From the NCBI GenBank assembly GCA_964476445.1, contig CAYZAK010000002.1, positions 32,743-96,742 of the forward strand: a stretch of 64,000 nt of DNA, in the 5' to 3' direction. Below, in pieces: positions 18,326-27,946 of the stretch. Position numbers and translations under genes: made by a program. Source of the stretch: an uncultured bacterium. GTDB lineage: Bacteria > CG03 > SLGR01 > JAGXOG01. Position 1 is the first letter of the stretch. Every line of letters begins with the position of its first letter. Below the pieces are notes generated by a model that saw only the letters and a list, made by a program, of their open reading frames with translations, made no database searches and had not been told where the DNA came from.

Positions 18326-20197
18326 TTATATTTTTTTATTAGCAGTAATTTCTTTGTGGGGTATGTTTAGTATTATTTCTGTACCGTTGCCGACGGTGGT
18401 ATTGATATACAAGTTCCCGCCGTGTCTTTCGGTAATATTTTTAGCCGATGACATGCCCAGCCCGGTTCCACCTTCTTTAGTGCTGTAAAAAGCGTCAAAT
18501 ATGTTTTCCAGATCTTCTTTTGGAATACCGCAACCGTTATCCTTAACTTTTATCTGGAGCATACCGTCTTCCATCCGTTTTGAGCTTACCGTGACCCTTC
18601 CCTTTTCCTGTGTCCGGCAAGCCTGCACAGCGTTGTTTATTAAATTTACCAGGGCCTGCCGAACTTCTCCCCGGTCTATATTATGGTTATCCAGGTCTTC
18701 TTGCAGTTCGGTTTCTATCGTAACGTGATCGGGATGTTCTATTATGGATAGTACTTCTAAAATCAATTTATTTACATCAACGGAGGAAAGAGCCGGGGGC
18801 CTTTGCCTTGAATACCCGAGAAGATTTTCAATTATTTTTGATATATGTTCTATTTCCCGTTCAATTATTTCTACAATATTGATATATTTTTCTTTGTCCT
18901 TAAGAATAGATTTTATGTAGTAAGCCGAATTTTTAATTGCCGAAAGAGGATTCCTTATATCGTGTCCGATAACATTGGCCATTTCTCCTATAGCGGCCAG
19001 TCTCTCCTTTTCCATAAGTTCTTCCCGTACTTCTTTTAAGTTTTTGACCATCTGTTTTAGTTTTTTACGCATGGATTCTCCGGACCGAGCCAGTATGCCT
19101 ATTTCGTCCTGGCGCTGCTGGTATTTAGCAGGAATCTTCCGATCAAAATTACCGTCACCCATTTCTGCCATCTGGTTTACTACAGAAAAAACAGGTTTAG
19201 TTAGGGTTTTAGATATTATAATTGAAAGTCCGGCAAAAATTAAGGATATTATGCCGAATATCCATAAACTGTGTCTGGCAGTCTGGTTGGCGCTTTTTGC
19301 CAGTTCATTGTGTTCAATCAATCCTATAAAGTACCAGCCGGTAAAGTCAGATTTTTTTAAAAAAGCAGTGTAGTCAATGCCGTCGATATTAACATTTATA
19401 ATTTTTTGACCGGCTTTAAGAGAAGAGTCCAGTTTGGAATTATAATTTTTAAGCTGGGTAAAATTATAATTTTGTTCTCTTGAGTGAGCGACTATAGTTC
19501 CGTCCTCTTCAGTGATAATAATAAAACCTGTTTCTCCGGGCTCGGCCTCCTTTATCATTCCGGAAAGAAAATCCAGGGACCGGCATATACCCTGGACTCC
19601 GATGATATTTCCGTCATCATTGTGTATTGTCTTTACCGTACTGACTATAACTATGTCGTCAACTTCAAAGGCGTACGGTTCTGTACGGACTGTGGTTTTC
19701 GGATTTTTCAGGGCTTTTTTATACCAGGGTCTTACCCGGGGATCGTATTTTTCATTGGTAATTCCTTCGGGCCACTGTACATACCCACCGGTGGATTCCA
19801 ATCCCATATAAACGTACCGCGAATCGGGATGGGTCTGGGCAAAATGTTTATATATGGAGTATATTTCCAGTTCTTTGCCCGAGGACTGAGATGGGGACAT
19901 CCACAGAACTCCGTCTTTGGATTCTTTGTCTATATATGTAGTGATGGTGTCATCAGCTGTTTTTACGGTGGGCAGACTGGATAGATAATCTACGTCATTT
20001 TCAACTTCTTTAAGATGAGCTGTTACATTACCTTCGATATATTCCATCTGGCTCAGTGTAAACCGTTCAAAATCCTGATAGGATCTTTTAGTAATATTTT
20101 CAATATTAATGAGAGTGAAAATTAAAAGTGGAATAACTATGGCCAGGGAAAACCCCAGGAGGAGTTTATACCGATATGATGATAATAAATTTTTCAT
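18326..20197 (-). CDS. sensor histidine kinase, periplasmic dCache-like sensor + HAMP + HisKA + HATPase_c
   Basis: Two TM helices flanking an about 270-aa extracytoplasmic domain; H-box HDIRNPL; G-box GTGLGM; no response-regulator gene adjacent. Confidence 0.85.
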   Translation of the reverse strand: MKNLLSSYRYKLLLGFSLAIVIPLLIFTLINIENITKRSYQDFERFTLSQMEYIEGNVTAHLKEVENDVDYLSSLPTVKTADDTITTYIDKESKDGVLWMSPSQSSGKELEIYSIYKHFAQTHPDSRYVYMGLESTGGYVQWPEGITNEKYDPRVRPWYKKALKNPKTTVRTEPYAFEVDDIVIVSTVKTIHNDDGNIIGVQGICRSLDFLSGMIKEAEPGETGFIIITEEDGTIVAHSREQNYNFTQLKNYNSKLDSSLKAGQKIINVNIDGIDYTAFLKKSDFTGWYFIGLIEHNELAKSANQTARHSLWIFGIISLIFAGLSIIISKTLTKPVFSVVNQMAEMGDGNFDRKIPAKYQQRQDEIGILARSGESMRKKLKQMVKNLKEVREELMEKERLAAIGEMANVIGHDIRNPLSAIKNSAYYIKSILKDKEKYINIVEIIEREIEHISKIIENLLGYSRQRPPALSSVDVNKLILEVLSIIEHPDHVTIETELQEDLDNHNIDRGEVRQALVNLINNAVQACRTQEKGRVTVSSKRMEDGMLQIKVKDNGCGIPKEDLENIFDAFYSTKEGGTGLGMSSAKNITERHGGNLYINTTVGNGTEIILNIPHKEITANKKI

Positions 20198-20277
20198 TTT
20201 TTGGTGTTTTTCCTAAATTATAACTTTAAAAAATATTGTACAATTTTATTCTCTTATTTTCAAATTACCGAATTTAA

Positions 20278-21594
20278 TTATTGAAAAATATTTTTTAATA
20301 GCTTTCCGTCAGATTCTAAATAGTTATGATAATCAAGGTTATAAAAAGCCAGTATATTAGGGGCAATATCAACTGTTTGAGAAGAACCTATATAGATGTT
20401 CTCTGTTATACCCGGTCCCGAAAATATAAGAGGTACCACCATATCCACCCCGGCGGTTGAACCGTACTGTCCCCGGGCCGGAAATTCCAGCGTGTGCGTA
20501 GGTTTTATATCTATAAAAAAGTCACCGCTTCTACCGGGAAAATAATAGTTTAAATCCGAGAGAGATCCGTTTAAACCTTCAATATCATGTTCAGAATAAA
20601 TATTTCTAATCCACTCAGTCTTTCTTAATATCCGGAATGCTTTACCGGCCTGAGAGTTGTCGTAAAGGTATAAAGAAAAGGCCCGTCCTCCTCTATTTAA
20701 TACCTCATGCCGGATTCCCGCATTGTTAAGTTCTAAAACAGGGGACCGGGAGTTATCCTTAAACAATACATTCTGTGGGTTTCTCACCTGGGTGAATCCG
20801 TGGCCTGATGTTACAATAAGTACGCTATCCTTATAAATATTCTGTTTTTCAAGAAAGGATATAAATTCTCCGATTCTTTTATCGGCCTGGCTAAGAGCGG
20901 TATCGTAGTATTTTGTTCTAGGGCCGTGGGTTTGGGCGATATAACCAAGAGAGCCCAGATTGGCGATAAAAAAATTCACCCCGTCCTCTTTAACCGCATT
21001 TGTTATCTTTTCAAGTATGAATTCATCCAGGAGAAGTTTTCTTTTGACCGCTTCCTCTTGAGAACCTTCTATAGTTTCCTCATATCTGTAATCCCAGATA
21101 TAGGATGGGATATTGTGTTCTCCTCCAAAGGTTATTGAAGCGCCCCGTCCCCCCATTGTTTCATGTCCTCGGGCGGCAAAATAGGCTGATTTCACATTTT
21201 TCTGTTCTAAAACTTCAAAAAGAGTGGGTACCAGAACGTTTTCCTGGGCGATTTCGGGTGTTGGCCTGGCGGTGTGAATCAGATTCATATTATCATCGTA
21301 GTAAGAAGCTCCCACTATACCGTGTTTATCGGAGTGGGCGCCGGTGGGAATAGTTACGGCGTTTACTCTTGCCTGGGAGGGTACGCTTACCCGGTTATTG
21401 TAGGATACGGCTCCTTTTTTTGTCAGGTAGTCCATATTGGGAGTGGATACCATCTGAAACCTGTCAGTTCTCATCCCGTTCACAACAATTACAAAAACAT
21501 TTAAATCCGGAGAGGCGTCCCCGCATCCGATAAGGAGAATTAGATAAAAAAGCAACCATAATTTGCCGGTAAAAATAAATAGCTTATGTAACAT
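20278..21594 (-). CDS. alkaline phosphatase / nucleotide pyrophosphatase-phosphodiesterase superfamily lipoprotein
   Basis: Lipoprotein signal (LLIGC), metal-site-like TSGHG motif; 438 aa. Confidence 0.6.
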   Translation of the reverse strand: MLHKLFIFTGKLWLLFYLILLIGCGDASPDLNVFVIVVNGMRTDRFQMVSTPNMDYLTKKGAVSYNNRVSVPSQARVNAVTIPTGAHSDKHGIVGASYYDDNMNLIHTARPTPEIAQENVLVPTLFEVLEQKNVKSAYFAARGHETMGGRGASITFGGEHNIPSYIWDYRYEETIEGSQEEAVKRKLLLDEFILEKITNAVKEDGVNFFIANLGSLGYIAQTHGPRTKYYDTALSQADKRIGEFISFLEKQNIYKDSVLIVTSGHGFTQVRNPQNVLFKDNSRSPVLELNNAGIRHEVLNRGGRAFSLYLYDNSQAGKAFRILRKTEWIRNIYSEHDIEGLNGSLSDLNYYFPGRSGDFFIDIKPTHTLEFPARGQYGSTAGVDMVVPLIFSGPGITENIYIGSSQTVDIAPNILAFYNLDYHNYLESDGKLLKNIFQ

Positions 21595-21624
21595 CTATAT
21601 TAAAAAAACAGAATATATTGCCAG

Positions 21625-23475
21625 TCACTCTACAGTGACGCTTTTGGCCAGGTTACGGGGCTGGTCTATGTCGCACCCCCTAAGTAGGGCTATATAGTAA
21701 GCGATGAGCTGCATGGGTATGGTATTTAAAAGTGCGGAAAATATTTCTTTGACCGGAGGTAAATAAATAACTTCATCTACCAGTTTTTCTATTTCTCTGT
21801 CCCCTTCGGTGGCCAGAGCTATTACCGTACCCTCCCTGGCTTTTACTTCTTCTATGTTAGAAAGTATCTTTTCCCTGACCCTGCTTTCGGTGGCAATGAC
21901 CACTACCGGTATTTCACTGTCAATTAAAGCTATGGGCCCGTGTTTCATTTCTCCCGCCGGATAGCCTTCTGCATGTATATAAGAAATTTCTTTAAGTTTT
22001 AACGCTCCTTCGAGGGCTATGGGATAATTTATATTTCGACCCAGATAAAGGAAATCATCTTTTTTAAAATATTTATGAGATAAATTTTCAATTATTTTTT
22101 CCTGGGAATCTATTATTTCCTTTATTTTTAAAGGGAGACCGGCCAGTATTTGGGAATACTCCCTGGCCTCAGTTGTATCAATAGTACCCTGTAACCGTCC
22201 CAGATAAAGGGTAAGAAGGTATAAAGCGGTAAGCTGGGAAGTAAAAGCTTTAGTGGAAGCCACTCCTATTTCCGGCCCGGCGTGAGTGTATATTAAACCG
22301 TCAACTTCCCGGGTTATGGAAGAACCCAGAACATTACATATCGCGCCGGTTTTTGCTCCCTGTTTTTTTGCTTCTCTTATTCCGGCAATTGTATCGGCGG
22401 TTTCTCCGGACTGGGTAATGGCCATAACCAGAGTGTCTTCATCTATAGGAGGGTTGCGATATCTAAATTCAGAGGCTATATCTACCTCGCATGGAATTTT
22501 TAAATGGTCTTCTAAAAGAAATTTTCCAACCAGGCAGGCGTGGTAGGCCGTTCCGCAGGCCACCATAAAAATACGGTCCAGGTTCTGAATATATTCTTTA
22601 GGGAAATTAAAATGTTCGAATGTTACCTTGGATTTATCTCTGTCCAGCCGGCCCCTGAGAGTTTCCTGAACTGCCTGCTTTTGCTCGTGTATTTCTTTGA
22701 GCATAAAATGGCGAAACCCCTGTTTTTCGGCCATGACCGGGTTCCAGTTGATATTTTTAATTTTCTTGTCAATAGTATTTAGGGACTGATCCATTACTGC
22801 AACTGATCCGGGTTTCAATACCGCGATTTCTCCGTCGTCTAAATAGATAACCTTTCTGGTGTAAGGAAGTATAGCCGGGACATCGGAAGCTATGAATTTA
22901 CTCTGTTTTTTTACACCTATTATTAGGGGAGAATCCTTCCGGGCGGCAATAATCTGCTCAGGATTATCCGAATGGATGACTCCTATAGCATAAGACCCTT
23001 TAAGTTGTCTGACGGTCTTTATCAGGGCCCCTAAAAGGTCCTGTCCGGCTTTCATGTATTCTTCAATTAGATGGGGAATTACTTCTGTATCTGTTTCCGA
23101 TTGAAACCGATGTCCTAATTTTTTGAGCCCTTTTTTCAGCTCCAGGTAGTTTTCAATTATTCCATTGTGTACCACAACAATGTTGTTAGTACAGTCAATA
23201 TGAGGGTGGGCATTCTCATCGGATGGGCGCCCGTGAGTGGCCCACCGGGTGTGGCCTATAGCTGTATTCCCGGTAAGGGGCGTTTTTTTTAAAATATCCC
23301 TGAGATTTTGAATTTTCCCCTTGCATCTTTTTCTTTTTATTGAATGTTGTTGGTTATTTTTTTGAAGTACGGCTATTCCCGCCGAGTCATACCCCCGGTA
23401 TTCCAGTCTGGTTAAACCTTCGAGCAATATTGGCGAAGCTTCTTCTTTACCGGTATATCCGACAATTCCGCACAT
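21625..23475 (-). CDS. glmS: glutamine--fructose-6-phosphate aminotransferase
   Basis: N-terminal MCGIVGY Ntn-amidotransferase, two SIS domains, C-terminal ...VTVE. Confidence 0.95.
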   Translation of the reverse strand: MCGIVGYTGKEEASPILLEGLTRLEYRGYDSAGIAVLQKNNQQHSIKRKRCKGKIQNLRDILKKTPLTGNTAIGHTRWATHGRPSDENAHPHIDCTNNIVVVHNGIIENYLELKKGLKKLGHRFQSETDTEVIPHLIEEYMKAGQDLLGALIKTVRQLKGSYAIGVIHSDNPEQIIAARKDSPLIIGVKKQSKFIASDVPAILPYTRKVIYLDDGEIAVLKPGSVAVMDQSLNTIDKKIKNINWNPVMAEKQGFRHFMLKEIHEQKQAVQETLRGRLDRDKSKVTFEHFNFPKEYIQNLDRIFMVACGTAYHACLVGKFLLEDHLKIPCEVDIASEFRYRNPPIDEDTLVMAITQSGETADTIAGIREAKKQGAKTGAICNVLGSSITREVDGLIYTHAGPEIGVASTKAFTSQLTALYLLTLYLGRLQGTIDTTEAREYSQILAGLPLKIKEIIDSQEKIIENLSHKYFKKDDFLYLGRNINYPIALEGALKLKEISYIHAEGYPAGEMKHGPIALIDSEIPVVVIATESRVREKILSNIEEVKAREGTVIALATEGDREIEKLVDEVIYLPPVKEIFSALLNTIPMQLIAYYIALLRGCDIDQPRNLAKSVTVE

Positions 23476-23477
23476 GG

Positions 23478-24827
23478 TTAGGTTAAATGCTCCCGGGCAG
23501 TTTCTATAATACGGTCTACCGATTGCTCGGTCGTTTCTTTGGTGGGACCTTCGGCCATTACTCTTAAAAGCGACTGGGTACCCGAATACCTGACCACCAC
23601 TCTTCCTTCGTCACCCAGTTCCTGTTCAACTTCATCAATTATTTTGGTTATCTGGGGTATACATTCTATATCAGTTTTCTTTTTGACATTAAGATTTTTT
23701 AGCACCTGTGGGTAAGTTTTCATAACCGAGGCAAGCCTGGATAAAGGTTTTTGGGTGGTTTGCATAACTGATATTGTCTGAAGGGCGGTTATTATGCCGT
23801 CGCCTGTGGTGTGGTGATCTAAAAATATTAAATGGCCGGAATCCTCCCCGCCCAGTACGGCATTGTTTTCTATCATCTTATCAAGTACAAATCTGTCTCC
23901 GACCGGGGCCTGAATTCTATCTATATTTAAATTATTCATGGTTTTCTGTAAACCTAAATTACTCATTATAGTGGCCACAACTTTGTTGTTTTTTAGTTTG
24001 TTTCGCCGTTTAAGCTCTGCGGCGTTTATAGCCAGAAGTTTATCTCCGGTTATTACATTTCCTTTTTCATCCACCGCTATTAGCCGGTCGCCGTCCCCAT
24101 CGAACGCAAGTCCTATATCCGCATTTTCATCAAGGACTTTTTTAGATAATATTTCAGGGTGAAGGGCACCCGCGTTTTTGTTAATATTCACTCCGTTAGG
24201 GTTAGAGTTAATGGATACAACTTTGGCCCTCATTTCTCTAAAAAGGGTAGGAGCTACTTTGTACGTTGCCCCGTTTGCGCAGTCTAATACCACTTTCATT
24301 CCTTCCAGGCTTAATTTTTTAGGAAGGGTATGCCGGAGAAAAACAATATAACGTCCCAGGGCGTCGTCTTCCCTATAGGCCCTTCCTATTTCGCTGGCCG
24401 GGGGAAGATGTTCGTCAAGTTTACCGGAAAATATTAAATTTTCAATTTCTTTTTCCTGTTTGGAATTCAGTTTAAAACCGGAATTAACAAAAATTTTTAG
24501 CCCGTTGTCAGTATACGGATTATGAGAGGCGGATATGACCACCCCCGCGTCGGCGTCCATATTAGAGGTAATAAATGCTATGCCCGGTGTGGGCATCGGG
24601 CCGACAAGTATAACATCCCCCCCCATGGAGCATATTCCGGTGGCCAGAGCGCTTTCTAACATATAACCGGATAGGCGGGTATCCTTACCCACTATTATCC
24701 GGGGCTGGTGGTTGTTCTTTTTTAAAATATGAGCCAGGGCCTGACCTATCCTCATAGCTACTTTAGAAGTCATGGGGGGCCGGTTGGCTACTCCCCGTAT
24801 ACCGTCCGTTCCGAAAAGTTTACCCAT
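23478..24827 (-). CDS. glmM: phosphoglucosamine mutase
   Basis: GTDGIRG, phospho-Ser motif SASHNP, DGDGDR; 2-nt gap to glmS. Confidence 0.9.
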   Translation of the reverse strand: MGKLFGTDGIRGVANRPPMTSKVAMRIGQALAHILKKNNHQPRIIVGKDTRLSGYMLESALATGICSMGGDVILVGPMPTPGIAFITSNMDADAGVVISASHNPYTDNGLKIFVNSGFKLNSKQEKEIENLIFSGKLDEHLPPASEIGRAYREDDALGRYIVFLRHTLPKKLSLEGMKVVLDCANGATYKVAPTLFREMRAKVVSINSNPNGVNINKNAGALHPEILSKKVLDENADIGLAFDGDGDRLIAVDEKGNVITGDKLLAINAAELKRRNKLKNNKVVATIMSNLGLQKTMNNLNIDRIQAPVGDRFVLDKMIENNAVLGGEDSGHLIFLDHHTTGDGIITALQTISVMQTTQKPLSRLASVMKTYPQVLKNLNVKKKTDIECIPQITKIIDEVEQELGDEGRVVVRYSGTQSLLRVMAEGPTKETTEQSVDRIIETAREHLT

Positions 24828-25572
24828 TTTTTAAGTTTTTCTCCTTTAAATTTTGTCTCAATTTAATAATATTCCCGGATTTGAAATATCCCCTGGCCGT
24901 GGTATTGGGGTAAAGCATAACATTTTTGGAAAGAATTGTGCCCGGCGAAGTTACCGAGTTGCACCCTGTTTGAACGTTATCTCCCAGTATGGCCCCGAAT
25001 TTTCTAAGACCGGTATCGTAAACTTTTCCGTCCGCCTTAACTTTTACGGTGGAACCGGTTATTTTTAAATTGGCCAGTTTTGTCCCCGCGCCCAGGTTTA
25101 CTTTTCCCAGTATACTGTCCCCTATATAGGCGAAATGTCCGGCCTTACTTTCTTCAAGCATCACTGAATTTTTTATCTCCGTAGTGTGTCCGATAACGCA
25201 GGAACGACCCGTAATTACATTTCCCCGGACGTAAGCCCCCTGACGTATCTGGGTGCCCTGACCTATTATAACCGGTTCTTTAATAAATGCCCCGGGTTCT
25301 ACAGTGACGCCATCGCCTAGATCAATGTTGTCGCCCCGGATATAGGCACCGGCCTGGATTAAAGCCCCGTTTTTAAGTTTTAAGGTTTCTTTAACCAGGG
25401 TATCGTTTCTTTTTAATTTCTGTATGTTGGGGGTTAAAAAGTTTTCCAGATAGGGTATAATATTGTTTAACCCCTCCCAAACATATTCGGTCTTTTTAAA
25501 TATATGCCGGTAGATATCATTATCGGTATTAAAATAATTCTTTGCGTTTAACATATTACATAAAAATAGCAT
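24820..25572 (-). CDS. left-handed β-helix (hexapeptide-repeat) acyltransferase-like protein, GlmU C-terminal-domain-like
   Basis: Repeated [LIV]GxxxxI hexapeptides over about 150 aa; 3' end overlaps glmM start by 8 nt. Confidence 0.55.
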   Translation of the reverse strand: MLFLCNMLNAKNYFNTDNDIYRHIFKKTEYVWEGLNNIIPYLENFLTPNIQKLKRNDTLVKETLKLKNGALIQAGAYIRGDNIDLGDGVTVEPGAFIKEPVIIGQGTQIRQGAYVRGNVITGRSCVIGHTTEIKNSVMLEESKAGHFAYIGDSILGKVNLGAGTKLANLKITGSTVKVKADGKVYDTGLRKFGAILGDNVQTGCNSVTSPGTILSKNVMLYPNTTARGYFKSGNIIKLRQNLKEKNLKNG

Positions 25573-25698
25573 AGAGATAAAAAAAAATCAACTTTTTACT
25601 TTAGTAATAATATGTTGGTATACTGTAAACCAGATTTGATAAATAATTTTAATTATGTAAAAATATTTACAAATAATAATAATAATATAAACCTTACA
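25573..25698. promoter_or_regulatory. AT-rich divergent intergenic region (likely promoters for the LbH-glmM-glmS operon and the S8 protease gene)
   Basis: Only sizeable non-coding gap between divergent operons; >80% AT; contains (AAT)n. Confidence 0.35.
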
Positions 25699-27945
25699 AT
25701 GGTAAAATTTAGATTAATTAAAAAATATTTATTCACTTTTCTTTTTGTAACCTGCCTATTTTTTGTAAGTCAGGGTTTTGCGCGGGACATAGTAACATAT
25801 TCTGTAAACGGTAGACCGGTGGAAGCTGTAAAGGGGGAGCTTCTGGTAAAATTTTCTCCGACCCTAGACGATGCAAAAAAAGAAGAAATAATACACCGGG
25901 GCGGAGCAAAAAAAATAAGAAAATTAAATTTTTCGAATATTGTAAAGTTAGAACTCTCCGACGGTTCATTTGAAAATAAATTGAGAGCTTTTAACAGCGT
26001 TGAAGGTATTGAATATGCAGAGCCCAATATTGTATTTACTTCTATGCAGGCTATTAATCTGCCTCCAGTATACGCCGACGAACAGGAATTGAAAGATAAT
26101 CAGTGGGGAATGCATAAAATAGACGCTCACTACGGATGGGCAGTTGAAACCGGCAGTGAAACCGTGATATCCCTAATCGACAGCGGAGTTGATATTGATC
26201 ATCAGGAATTTGAAGGTAATATCTGGCAAAACCCGGGGGAAGAAGAGAATGGAGAAGATACGGATGGCAACGGTTATCCGGATGATTTATACGGTTGGGA
26301 TTTTGTAGATGAAGACAATGATCCCCGCCCCAGCAAGATTCCTGAAGAATCACACGGAACTCATGTGGCCGGTATAGTGGGAGCATCGGGCAGCAACGAA
26401 ATCGCTGGAGTTTCTTGGGCCAATAAGCTGATGGCCCTGAGAGTGCTTTCTTATAATTCAGATACCGAAAATGTCACCGGATCCCTGGATAACCTTATAG
26501 AAGCTATCGATTACTCTGTTAGTAACGGAGCCCATATTATAAATATGAGCTTAGGTACGGAAGATTCCAGCGCTTTATTAAAAGAAGCTGTTGAATACGC
26601 TTATAATCAGGGTTGTGTGCTGGTTGCCGCCAGCGGTAACAGTGATAAGGAACCTATATCTTACCCAGCCCGGTACAAAGAAGTAATAGCCGTGGGGGCC
26701 ACCGACAGTAATGATAACCGGGCCAGTTTACCTTTCTGGGGTTCGAGTTACGGGGAAAAACTTGACCTTATGGCTCCGGGAGTAAACATTAAATCCACTT
26801 TACCTGGTGATAGTTACGGATATAGCTCAGGAACCAGTATGGCAGCCCCGTTTGTTTCCGGCCTGGCGTCATTGATAATATCTTATTATGGTGAAATGGA
26901 TCCTGAAGAGCTGAAGATAAAATTAACTGAGACCACCGATAATTTAAATGAACCGGGATGGGACAAGTACACCGGTCACGGGCGGATTAACTGTTTTAAA
27001 GTGTTATCCTTTTACATATCGGTCTTTCCGGATGAATTTGATATTTTATCTGTTGTTGGACAGCCAGCCCCTGAAGACCGTATAATTACGGTCTCTTACA
27101 ACGGCGGGCAAAAATCCACTCTTACCTGGACTATCGATAATGAACCGGAGTGGATTAATCTGTCATCGACCTCCGGCAGTTTGAATTATCAGGAGACCGA
27201 AGATATAAATATTGAATTTGATACGGAAAGTTTATCCACGGGTTCCTATACCGCCGATATTAAAATAACTTCAGAAGAATCATCGGTAAGTACAAGAACT
27301 GTGAGAGTAGGTCTGGATAAAATAATTGCTATTCCTTCCATAACACCGGATAAAGAAAAGATAAACTTTTATTCTCTGGACCGGGATAAAACTTTAAAAC
27401 AGAATCTAAACCTTGCAAACTCAGGGGACCAGTATTCAATTTTAGATTGGGAATTTGAGTATTCGTCACCCTGGCTGGTTTTTTCTGCTACCCGGGGAAC
27501 ATTAAATTACGGTCAGTCGGTCGATCTGGCAGTAACTGCTGATTTGACCGGCAGCGTAGATGGGGATTACAGAGATACCCTGGTAATATCGGACCGTAAA
27601 GGGGAAATCAGTCCGGTTAAACTTGAAATTAAAGCGGTCCCCTTATCTGAAACCGGCGACAAAGTGGCTTTGGTGGGCGGTTCCGAGGGGTATGTAAACC
27701 CCTTAAAAGCGGAAACCGCTAAGATAATTCTTAATACCTCCCGGGCCGGAACAGTAAAGATTAAGATCTTTGATCGCCGGGGACGGATGGTATGGGAAAA
27801 AGATAAATATCTAAAAAGCGGTGAAAATAAAATTGACTGGGCCTGTGACAATATTTACGGGGAAATAGTTGCCTCGGGTATCTATTTTGTACGAATTGTC
27901 GGCCCGGGAATAGATACAACTGAAAAAATAGCGGTTATTCGATAA
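25699..27945 (+). CDS. secreted subtilisin-like S8 serine protease with Ig-like middle domains and Por/T9SS-type C-terminal sorting domain
   Basis: Signal peptide after Met at 25699; triad motifs DSGVDIDH / HGTHVAG / GTSMAAP; C-terminal ...SGIYFVRIVGPGIDTTEKIAVIR. Confidence 0.85.
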   Translation: MVKFRLIKKYLFTFLFVTCLFFVSQGFARDIVTYSVNGRPVEAVKGELLVKFSPTLDDAKKEEIIHRGGAKKIRKLNFSNIVKLELSDGSFENKLRAFNSVEGIEYAEPNIVFTSMQAINLPPVYADEQELKDNQWGMHKIDAHYGWAVETGSETVISLIDSGVDIDHQEFEGNIWQNPGEEENGEDTDGNGYPDDLYGWDFVDEDNDPRPSKIPEESHGTHVAGIVGASGSNEIAGVSWANKLMALRVLSYNSDTENVTGSLDNLIEAIDYSVSNGAHIINMSLGTEDSSALLKEAVEYAYNQGCVLVAASGNSDKEPISYPARYKEVIAVGATDSNDNRASLPFWGSSYGEKLDLMAPGVNIKSTLPGDSYGYSSGTSMAAPFVSGLASLIISYYGEMDPEELKIKLTETTDNLNEPGWDKYTGHGRINCFKVLSFYISVFPDEFDILSVVGQPAPEDRIITVSYNGGQKSTLTWTIDNEPEWINLSSTSGSLNYQETEDINIEFDTESLSTGSYTADIKITSEESSVSTRTVRVGLDKIIAIPSITPDKEKINFYSLDRDKTLKQNLNLANSGDQYSILDWEFEYSSPWLVFSATRGTLNYGQSVDLAVTADLTGSVDGDYRDTLVISDRKGEISPVKLEIKAVPLSETGDKVALVGGSEGYVNPLKAETAKIILNTSRAGTVKIKIFDRRGRMVWEKDKYLKSGENKIDWACDNIYGEIVASGIYFVRIVGPGIDTTEKIAVIR

Positions 27946-27946
27946 G

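Noticed and set aside
19484-19984. 166-aa and 99-aa plus-strand ORFs inside the histidine kinase gene
   Set aside because: Antisense to the Cache sensor domain; Cys/Phe/Gly-rich nonsense composition.
25660-25698. (AAT)n / AT-rich simple repeat upstream of the S8 protease gene
   Set aside because: Too short (about 5 units) to be a repeat element or phase-variation tract. Most likely just promoter-region AT-richness.
25612-25698. ORF-track start for the protease at 25612 (MLVYCKPDLINNFNY...)
   Set aside because: The first 29 codons are Asn/Ile-rich translation of the AT-rich promoter. The Met at 25699 is followed directly by a canonical signal peptide, so the shorter start was used.
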